NCBI GenBank assembly: GCA_031385045.1
Contig: JANNBC010000055.1
Coordinates: 1 to 35,175, forward strand
Origin: a bacterium
GTDB taxonomy: Bacteria > Bdellovibrionota_C > UBA2361 > CALJRW01
Reading direction: 5' to 3'
DNA: 35,175 nucleotides
Made by a program: the position numbers and the translations under genes. The notes beneath the pieces are model-generated. The model saw only the letters and a list, made by a program, of their open reading frames with translations. It was not told the DNA's origin and ran no database searches. This document shows positions 21,026 through 28,538 of this stretch, one piece after another (the first letter of the stretch is position 1; each line of letters opens with the position of its first letter).

Positions 21026-21647
21026 ATATATTTCTAAAGAACAGCTGAAGTTACATTTAATCAAGCAAATTGATACCATAGAGGAAAGAGCGTTAAGTAA
21101 GATTAAAAAATATTTCAAGAATATTAAATATACCCCTTACTCTCCTAGTAGAAAACAAAAGTCTGTAACATATACTTACCTCACTGCAGATAAGAAAAAT
21201 AAAATTACTACAACATTTCCTATAATTAAAAAGTCAGGAATAATCGAATATGAAGGGTCAAGGAAAGTTGGAGCAGATATAATCGAAAAAACACTTAATG
21301 ATGTTGATTCTTGGAGAATCAGACTTACAGAGGTATACACTTGCGACCAGCTCCTATACGGCATTCAACAAATGGCAATTAATTTGATTCGGTTAAAAGA
21401 TATTGAGATACACCTAAAAGCATTTAAGAACTGTAAACAAGTTGGGGAAACAAATCGAAAAAATGCCAAGTTAACTGAAGAATTGAAACAAAGAGTTATT
21501 ATTTATTACCATAATAACAAATACTCAAAACTCCAGTGTGCAAAAAAATTTCATTCAATATTAATAAAAGAAGAACACCTCCCTAAAAATAAGTTACCAA
21601 GCCCAAGCACTATTAAAGATTTCCTATCACAAGTGAAACGAAAATAA
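21018..21647 (+). CDS. Hypothetical protein, basic, possible C-terminal HTH
   Basis: Overlaps the integrase stop by 8 nt. The C-terminal SKLQCAKKF...PSPSTIKDFL looks HTH-like. Confidence 0.65.
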   Translation: MDEYISKEQLKLHLIKQIDTIEERALSKIKKYFKNIKYTPYSPSRKQKSVTYTYLTADKKNKITTTFPIIKKSGIIEYEGSRKVGADIIEKTLNDVDSWRIRLTEVYTCDQLLYGIQQMAINLIRLKDIEIHLKAFKNCKQVGETNRKNAKLTEELKQRVIIYYHNNKYSKLQCAKKFHSILIKEEHLPKNKLPSPSTIKDFLSQVKRK

Positions 21648-21743
21648 CTGACAGACCAAATATCCTGTCAATTCTCCTAAACCTATACTGACCACTGTTG
21701 AGCGATTACTAGCTTATTAGTTCGCCATTTAGGAGATTTTACG

Positions 21744-21959
21744 ATGACAAATAACAATACAAAACGCTTTTACACCTTCAAGCAGTAGGCTGAGGAAAAA
21801 GGCGACCCTTCAGAAAGTGCCCTTCGTTGGATGCACCATACAAACAAAGACGGTTTTAGTGATGCGTGCGTTGTTCGTCGAGGAAAACGGGTCTTAATTG
21901 ACTCTGAGACTTACACTCAATGGCTTCTGAAACAAAACAATCAACAATTTTCAAATTAG
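21744..21959 (+). pseudogene. Excisionase/AlpA-like winged-helix gene with one in-frame amber stop
   Basis: SD AGGAG at 21731, ATG at 21744. Translates as MTNNNTKRFYTFKQ*AEEKGDPSESALRWMHHTNKDGFSDACVVRRGKRVLIDSETYTQWLLKQNNQQFSN, with TAG at 21786-21788. Sits between int and primase. Confidence 0.75.
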
Positions 21960-21967
21960 GAGAAGAT

Positions 21968-24013
21968 ATGAAACAATATAATGCAAATGAATTAGCAACA
22001 AAACTTGGGAAAAAACAAAAGGCTGGAGCAGGATGGAACTGTTCTTGCCCTGCCCATGATGATAAAATTGCAAGCCTCACAATTACAGACGGAAAAGATA
22101 GTAACCCAATATTTTACTGTCATGCTGGTTGTAGTTTTGAGAATATTATTAATGCACTCATAGCAAAAGGCTTATGGGAGAAGAAAACATTAAAGGATAT
22201 AAATTATGTTAAGTCCAAAAATAAAGAAGTAGTTTATAACTACACCAATGCAGATGGAGCTACCCTCTATCAAAAGGTACGGTTTGGCGTGAAAAAATTC
22301 TACGGTCGCCAAATCCTACCTACAGGAGAAACCATTAAAGGGATTCCAAAATATCGCGTCATATATAATTTACATGAAGTAATAAAAGCTCGAAATGATG
22401 GAACTTCGATTATACTATGCGAAGGCGAGAAAGACGCAAACAACCTTATTAGTTTAGGCTATGTTGCAACAACAATCTTTGAAGGTGGCGGTAAAAAATG
22501 GAGACCAGAGTACACTGAGCAACTAAAGGATTCGATACTTTATCTTTGTCCAGATAATGACATTGCCGGTTTGGAATTTATCAATAATGCCGCAGGACAA
22601 CTCAAAGACGTTGTAAAATCAATCAAATTAATTGAGTTACCTAACCTAGAAAACAAGGAAGATGTAAGCGACTGGATAAACAAAGGTGGAACAAAGGAGC
22701 AGCTTGACTCCCTTATTGAATCCGCACAAGTATACCACCCAACAAAAAATACTAAACCAGATGGTTTGTTGCAAAACGAATATGCCTACGCATGGCAATT
22801 GGTAGAGTCATTGGGCAAGGACAATATTATTTTCTCCAGAGGTATGTTCTACCATTGGGATTATTCAGGGGTTTGGAAAGCTAAAGATGACAGAGAAATT
22901 ATTCAGCTACTGCATAGGTTAATTCCGGAGAAAGTCACAAGGGCTCTGGATAATTCTGTTATTGAACTTATCAAAACCGAATGTTTTAAAAGCAGTGATA
23001 TATTCGATACTAAGCAAAACATTATTAACTGTCTTGATTGTGAGGTCTTAGTTAGTGATAAAGGTTATGAAAAGAGGAGACATTTAAAAGGTAGCTATTC
23101 ACTCTCTCAAATTCCGTTTTCATTTAATCCTAATGCTGAATGTCCGAATTTCATTAGTGCATTAAACGAATGGTTCGATGGAGATGCTGATAAGGAAGAA
23201 AAAAAACAAGTAATTTTTGAAATGCTTGGGTATTCACTTTTAGCTACTGCTAAATTAGAAAAATTTATTATTCTCGTTGGAGCAGGTGCAAATGGGAAAT
23301 CTGTCTTACTGGATATAGTAAGAGAGCTGTGTGGAATTAAGAATACTGCCAGTGTTGGAATCTTAGGTCTTAGTCAAAAATTCCAACGTGCATATTTGAG
23401 TGGCAAGTTAGCAAATATTGTAACAGAGCTTTCGCAAGGATGCATGATTCCAGATGGCGAACTGAAATCAATTGTAAGTGGCGAACCCCTTGCCGTGGAA
23501 ATCAAGTTTAAAGACCCATTTGATTTTTGTCCTTACTGCACGATGTGGTTTGCAACAAATCATATACCGTCTACTAGGGATTTCTCAGACGCCTTATTTA
23601 GAAGAGCAATAATACTAGAATTTAACAATCAATTTAATGATGAAAAAAGAGATATACATCTTAAGGAAAAGTTAAGAAAGGAACTTGAAGGAATTCTATA
23701 CAAATCAATAATTGCAATCACAGAGGTAATGCGTAGAGGTTCATTTACTGAACCTAGTTCGAGTCAAAAAAGAATTGATGAATGGAAAATTGAGAGTAAT
23801 CCGATTGAGTTATTCATTGAAGATAGTTGCAATTTAACCCCTTCTGCTTACGTTGGCTCAAGTAAATTATACGATGCTTATGTTAAGTGGCAAGATGGCT
23901 GTGGGGCAATCGACATTACTCAAACTATGCTTGTTCAGAGGCTTAAATCATTTGGTGTTAGCACCGGTAAGAGATATGGGGAAAGAGTGCTTGTTGGTAT
24001 AGACTTAAAATAA
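21968..24013 (+). CDS. Phage/plasmid P4-family primase-helicase (Zn-binding + TOPRIM + D5/SF3 helicase)
   Basis: CPAHDD...CHAGC Zn motif, CEGEKDA and PDND TOPRIM motifs, GAGANGKS Walker A, WFATNH, ALFRRAII. ATG 21968 follows SD AGGAG; the ORF track gives 21920. Confidence 0.92.
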   Translation: MKQYNANELATKLGKKQKAGAGWNCSCPAHDDKIASLTITDGKDSNPIFYCHAGCSFENIINALIAKGLWEKKTLKDINYVKSKNKEVVYNYTNADGATLYQKVRFGVKKFYGRQILPTGETIKGIPKYRVIYNLHEVIKARNDGTSIILCEGEKDANNLISLGYVATTIFEGGGKKWRPEYTEQLKDSILYLCPDNDIAGLEFINNAAGQLKDVVKSIKLIELPNLENKEDVSDWINKGGTKEQLDSLIESAQVYHPTKNTKPDGLLQNEYAYAWQLVESLGKDNIIFSRGMFYHWDYSGVWKAKDDREIIQLLHRLIPEKVTRALDNSVIELIKTECFKSSDIFDTKQNIINCLDCEVLVSDKGYEKRRHLKGSYSLSQIPFSFNPNAECPNFISALNEWFDGDADKEEKKQVIFEMLGYSLLATAKLEKFIILVGAGANGKSVLLDIVRELCGIKNTASVGILGLSQKFQRAYLSGKLANIVTELSQGCMIPDGELKSIVSGEPLAVEIKFKDPFDFCPYCTMWFATNHIPSTRDFSDALFRRAIILEFNNQFNDEKRDIHLKEKLRKELEGILYKSIIAITEVMRRGSFTEPSSSQKRIDEWKIESNPIELFIEDSCNLTPSAYVGSSKLYDAYVKWQDGCGAIDITQTMLVQRLKSFGVSTGKRYGERVLVGIDLK

Positions 24014-24020
24014 ACCAACC

Positions 24021-24110
24021 GGACAGGTTGGACAGGTTAAATTTTTAAATTCAATATAACGTTGAAATAAAAATTAGATTTATAAAATAAATGCCGTCCA
24101 ACCCGTCTAC
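24021..24110. repeat. Iteron-like direct and inverted repeats around an AT-rich spacer (candidate replication origin)
   Basis: GGACAGGTT twice (24021-24038), then about 50 nt of AT-rich sequence, then imperfect inverted copies CCGTCCAACCCGTCT (24094-24108). Confidence 0.6.
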
Positions 24111-24236
24111 CTACTTTGGGAGGTAGGGGGGTCGCTTGGTCAGATGTCCCTGCCCTAAGACCACCCTACATAGTAACGCGGACGTTTCGAGGATTTGAAA
24201 ATTGTTAGCCCCTTGCGAAAATTCGCAAGAACAAAG

Positions 24237-25586
24237 CTACTTGAATCTTTTCTCGTTATAAACAATAAAAGTAGTCCCCATTAATTCCTTAAATTCAATT
24301 GTTGCATTATTCATTGCGGGATTCCATGTGGCAAATACCTTAAACGGAGAAGTTTGTCCTGACAGCAAAGGTCGATATTCTATCAAAGCAGAGTCCGCAG
24401 TGATAAAGCCCCCATTCTTATCATAAAAACTTACAACTGCTTGGATATTATTAAGAGAAAGACCAGTAAGATTTTTGACCTGTCCTTCTGCAATTACATT
24501 AGAATAGCTTTGTCCCCAACTCCATTTAACAAGCTCAAGCTGTGCTTCTTCTTTTGCCTTACGCTTTAATTCTACCTTTGCATAAGCCTCCGAGAATTTG
24601 TCCCTAGTTGCCTGATAGCTTTTATTGTCAGGATTAAAGTCAACTAGCTCACGATACAAATCAAGATTTCCCTTCAAATCAGAAGACGGAACTTTCCTGA
24701 GCTTTTCAAGAATCTCATTTGTTTTAATTTTTACTGCCTTTGCAAAAAACTCACCTAAAACTGGATTACTACTTTTATATATTCTAGTAGCACTTATGAC
24801 TTCATCATAATTTTTTGCATCAAAATTGGCTGTTACTTCGGCAACTAAATTTTTAGCTTTTTCTTCTAGTATTTGTGTCTCTGCCTTTTCATATAAAACT
24901 TTTATCTGAGGGTCATCTTTAAGCTCAGAAGCTACCTTTACAATCTCCGAATAATTACCAACTACCTCAAGTTCAGCAACTTTGGCTAATAACTCAGTCA
25001 GCCTTCTTTGATAATCTTGTTTATCTAAATCTTCCTTGTATGTTGCAATTTGGGCAGTTAGTTCGGGAGCAACAGTTAAGTACCTTTCTAATTTCTTTAT
25101 GGCATCGCTATAATTTTTATTTGAAGCTAATGTTTGAGCTTCATTTAATATTTCATTTTTCTTGAGAGTATACTCCTCCGTTAAGATGGCTACCTGTTCA
25201 TTATTAGCCTTCTGGTTAGCTAATATTTGGCGTTCATGACTAAAGCTCGAGTAGAAATGAACTATAGCCAAGAACCCCAGTATTCCAACGAAGAGCACTC
25301 TCTTACTACTTAGCAAATTTGGAGCATAACTCTGAAATTTTTTATTGGTGTGTAAATAACCAATCAAACCAATTAATAATATTGTTAAAACAATCCCAGT
25401 AACAGGAGTTAGAAGAGATAAATACAAAACAAATCCGATTACCCACAATATAACTTTCACCAAACGACCCTTCTTCTTTGGCTTAACATTATCTTTTGGT
25501 GCTTCAATAGGACAACCGCAATGAGGACAGTTTGGGGCTTTATCGGAAATTTTCTTTTTGCATTCTGAACATTTAATTAAAGGCAC
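24237..25586 (-). CDS. Zinc-ribbon + transmembrane + FxLYD-like domain protein
   Basis: CSEC..CPHC N-terminus, 2-3 hydrophobic helices, helical stalk, C-terminal GQVKN...VSFYDKNG...LLSGQTSPF. GTG 25586 follows GGAG; the ORF track gives 25598. Confidence 0.75.
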   Translation of the reverse strand: MPLIKCSECKKKISDKAPNCPHCGCPIEAPKDNVKPKKKGRLVKVILWVIGFVLYLSLLTPVTGIVLTILLIGLIGYLHTNKKFQSYAPNLLSSKRVLFVGILGFLAIVHFYSSFSHERQILANQKANNEQVAILTEEYTLKKNEILNEAQTLASNKNYSDAIKKLERYLTVAPELTAQIATYKEDLDKQDYQRRLTELLAKVAELEVVGNYSEIVKVASELKDDPQIKVLYEKAETQILEEKAKNLVAEVTANFDAKNYDEVISATRIYKSSNPVLGEFFAKAVKIKTNEILEKLRKVPSSDLKGNLDLYRELVDFNPDNKSYQATRDKFSEAYAKVELKRKAKEEAQLELVKWSWGQSYSNVIAEGQVKNLTGLSLNNIQAVVSFYDKNGGFITADSALIEYRPLLSGQTSPFKVFATWNPAMNNATIEFKELMGTTFIVYNEKRFK

Positions 25587-25609
25587 TTTTTTCTCCAACT
25601 ATTAAAAGT

Positions 25610-25627
25610 AGTAGCGTAAACGCTACT
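25610..25627. promoter_or_regulatory. Perfect 8-bp inverted repeat, candidate operator
   Basis: AGTAGCGT-AA-ACGCTACT between divergent genes. Confidence 0.45.
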
Positions 25628-25701
25628 CTTATAAACTACCTTCGGAGAATACTTAACTGAAGATACAATGTCAAAATAAATCACAGATAGTTTACAAAAA
25701 A

Positions 25702-25893
25702 ATGGCTAAAACTTTATCCGAACAAATTCGAGAATATGCAAAACAATCAGGCATGAGTACGCACAAACTTGCCATTGAAGCTAAGTTAGATAGGCTGATA
25801 GTTTACAGATTTATGGACGGCGGAGATATATTAAGTAGAAATTTAGATGCTATCGCTGAAGTTCTAAAACTTTGCATCAAAAAACAAAAATAA
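25702..25893 (+). CDS. Small Cro/XRE-like helix-turn-helix protein
   Basis: 63 aa; SGMSTHKLAIEAKLDRLIVYRFMDG...LDAIAEVL pattern. Confidence 0.75.
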   Translation: MAKTLSEQIREYAKQSGMSTHKLAIEAKLDRLIVYRFMDGGDILSRNLDAIAEVLKLCIKKQK

Positions 25894-25926
25894 TTCTCTT
25901 AATAATTTAAATTGTATAAAAAATAA

Positions 25927-27045
25927 TCAATCCCAAGAGGAGTCATAAATTATTTGTTGCCATACGTTTTGGAATCCCTTATCAGACACCTGATGCCAAT
26001 TTTGAGCTAACATCAGCTTCTCAAGTGCATGACACGCAGTGGTATCATCCTCCGTTAATGAATAAAAATTTTCTTTGGAAAGAAGCAACTTAATAATTAA
26101 TGGGTAAGCATATACGCTTAATAATAAATACTCGAAATCTGCCCATCCCCAATTAGAATGAACCTTCTTTGAATGAATATGGTAATTTCTTCTTTTATAA
26201 AATTCATACATCCATGCTTTGAGTAACGACCAAGAAGCAATACTCCCCTTTTCCGCAGAAAGGTCAATATTTCTCCCTGCGGTTATTGCATCGTCAACTG
26301 TTTCTTTTGAAAAAGGCATAAATAGTTCTTCAAATTTAATACTTAGCTGTAATGCTTTTTGCCCAGAATCAATTTGAAATATTGTTTCATAAGCTGAAGA
26401 CATTAGGATTAATTCCGACTCAGGGGTCATGTTATAGCTATCCGTATTAGCTAATGCTACAAAATTTAAAGTCGATACAAGTAAATTAAAAACCTCCGCT
26501 CCATCTTCTTTTGCCTTAAGCAATGAAGTTAATAAAATTAAATCTATCTTAACTTTATCTCCTATCTGATAATGAGGAGGTGCTTCCCTAAAAATTTGAT
26601 TAAAATTATACCCACCGACAATGGACTCGCCGTCTCGTCGTCTTATAGTTAGTGCAACGCTCTCGGGATTAGCGGATGAAAATCGTTGTCCGACAATATT
26701 AAATAAAGAACTATTAGTATAGCTACTTATCTGATTATAATACTTATTGGTTGATATGCCACAGAAGAATATTATCTTTGCATATCCAGCAATTTCAAAA
26801 AATTGCTCTTCGGGTATGTTCCAAGGCACTTCCAGGTCTTTGTTTATAATTAGAGTTAAATCGGAAATGCAGTTCCCTTGTATATCCTTATGCGACGAAC
26901 AAAAAAAATCAATTTTTCGAATAACCTCATTGTCTAAATTAGAATATCCACAAGTCTTGCCAACAGGAAGCAAGGTAATATGATTGAAACTGATGGCTTC
27001 ATCTAATTGAAGCCAAGGCATAAAGATAAGAAAGCTAGTATTCAT
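25927..27045 (-). CDS. Putative HEPN-domain protein (ApeA-like architecture)
   Basis: LMSSAYETIF helix followed by YKRRNYHIH (Rx4H) in the C-terminal half. Confidence 0.65.
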   Translation of the reverse strand: MNTSFLIFMPWLQLDEAISFNHITLLPVGKTCGYSNLDNEVIRKIDFFCSSHKDIQGNCISDLTLIINKDLEVPWNIPEEQFFEIAGYAKIIFFCGISTNKYYNQISSYTNSSLFNIVGQRFSSANPESVALTIRRRDGESIVGGYNFNQIFREAPPHYQIGDKVKIDLILLTSLLKAKEDGAEVFNLLVSTLNFVALANTDSYNMTPESELILMSSAYETIFQIDSGQKALQLSIKFEELFMPFSKETVDDAITAGRNIDLSAEKGSIASWSLLKAWMYEFYKRRNYHIHSKKVHSNWGWADFEYLLLSVYAYPLIIKLLLSKENFYSLTEDDTTACHALEKLMLAQNWHQVSDKGFQNVWQQIIYDSSWD

Positions 27046-28538
27046 ACTTTTGTTTTAAGTTCAATTTTATCAAAAATCCTTGAAAATTCATCATTTAAAA
27101 ATGGCAATTCAGCATCAACTTGAGTGTATTCCTCAAGATACATCCTAAAAGTGAATCGTCTTGTACTGGGATTATCTTCCTTAATTTTCAAATCTTCAAG
27201 GAAGTCCTTTAGGTTAATTAAATCATTCTTTACTAAATAAAAAACTACCTCTAGGTCATCAATTGTCAGAAAAAAGATATTGCAAATAGGAAGTGTTTCA
27301 AAATCAAAGGTCTTAGCATTTTCACGTAAAGCAACTTTGATAAATTCTGACCATGCTCTTTGCATACTACCAAAATATAATTCTTTATAGGTTACAATAA
27401 ATGCAAAGTTAATTTGTGAACTCAAATTGAAACTACCCACCCCATTTTGTAGCTTTACGTAGTTAATGAAATCATAAAATTGCTTTACAGCTTTTATTGA
27501 ATGGCATTTTTGCGTATTAATTAGATTAATATCAGTGGGGTCTTCTCCTGCAACCCACGACAATTCCGTCGCCTTTGCCTCAATCAAGACTGAATAAGCA
27601 TCGCTGATTAATCCAAAATCTACATTTTTAATGTCTTTAGGAAATGACATATTGTGATTAAAGTTTACAAATTTTAACCCTGAATATTCTAGGCATTTTT
27701 GAATATACCTTTCAAAGACTAAACCAAAATGCTGAGAAAAAGATTCTTTATCTTCATATCTGAAAAAATCATACAGTGAATACTTACAAAAACGATTTAC
27801 AAGACAAGGAGCGATTATTAAATATTCATTATTTATTTTAATTAATGGGTAACGAAAAAATGGTGAGTTCTCATAAATTTGACGTTCAGCGGATTTTTCT
27901 CTCGTATCAGATTTTTGTCTTGCAAAAATTTTAGCATCTTCTAAGTCAGTTGATATAGAATCTAAGAATAATATTATCTGCCTCTTTCCTATAAGCTCAA
28001 CAGTTGGACCAAATAAATCGATTGATATTTTGGTATTCTTAAGTTCAAAGACCAATGCATATAAAAGAAAAAGCATTAGAAAATAATCTTCGAGTTCAAC
28101 ACCTGACTTAGAAAGTAACATACTCTTAACTTCATACTTACTGTTAATTTGTTTGAAAATTATAGATTGTCGAGCAAAATCTCTTTTGTGTACATTTTCA
28201 GAAACCCAAAATTGTTGATATGCTATGGCTCTTACTGGTTTATCAATATTATTGTAACGTGAAAAAATTGGAGTATCAAAAAATGACTGAATATTGCCAA
28301 TTATTTTTCTAAAGTCATTATAATTTGCAATCTTATTTTTAGAGTTAGTTCCGGCATGAGCAAGAATTAACTTAAAAGCAAACAATACATGCCATTCTAG
28401 AAAATCAGTTCTTTCTAGACCTAATTTTGTTTTGGAAATTTCGTGAAGTTTATGAACGCAGAAGTAAAATAAACTATCAAAATTATAGGAGGAAATATTA
28501 TTTTTAATAGTTTTCAAATCAACTGGCAGTCCCTTCAT
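27042..28538 (-). CDS. Putative PD-(D/E)xK nuclease, possibly GapS1-like anti-phage protein
   Basis: FGLVFERYI...KNVDF...LIEAK...Q motif order after a long helical N-terminal region. The family resemblance is from memory only. Confidence 0.6.
   Translation of the reverse strand: MKGLPVDLKTIKNNISSYNFDSLFYFCVHKLHEISKTKLGLERTDFLEWHVLFAFKLILAHAGTNSKNKIANYNDFRKIIGNIQSFFDTPIFSRYNNIDKPVRAIAYQQFWVSENVHKRDFARQSIIFKQINSKYEVKSMLLSKSGVELEDYFLMLFLLYALVFELKNTKISIDLFGPTVELIGKRQIILFLDSISTDLEDAKIFARQKSDTREKSAERQIYENSPFFRYPLIKINNEYLIIAPCLVNRFCKYSLYDFFRYEDKESFSQHFGLVFERYIQKCLEYSGLKFVNFNHNMSFPKDIKNVDFGLISDAYSVLIEAKATELSWVAGEDPTDINLINTQKCHSIKAVKQFYDFINYVKLQNGVGSFNLSSQINFAFIVTYKELYFGSMQRAWSEFIKVALRENAKTFDFETLPICNIFFLTIDDLEVVFYLVKNDLINLKDFLEDLKIKEDNPSTRRFTFRMYLEEYTQVDAELPFLNDEFSRIFDKIELKTKV

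Noticed and set aside
21786..21788. Alternative genetic code (TAG reassigned)
   Set aside because: TAG serves as the normal stop of several host and island genes, and no other gene here appears fragmented.
21856..22080. 74-aa minus-strand ORF
   Set aside because: Antisense to the xis-like pseudogene and the primase start, which explain the region better.
14785..24013. T4CP plus integrase/primase as a single ICE
   Set aside because: The T4CP lies on the host side of the tRNA junction, separated by unrelated genes, and no relaxase or T4SS genes are visible.
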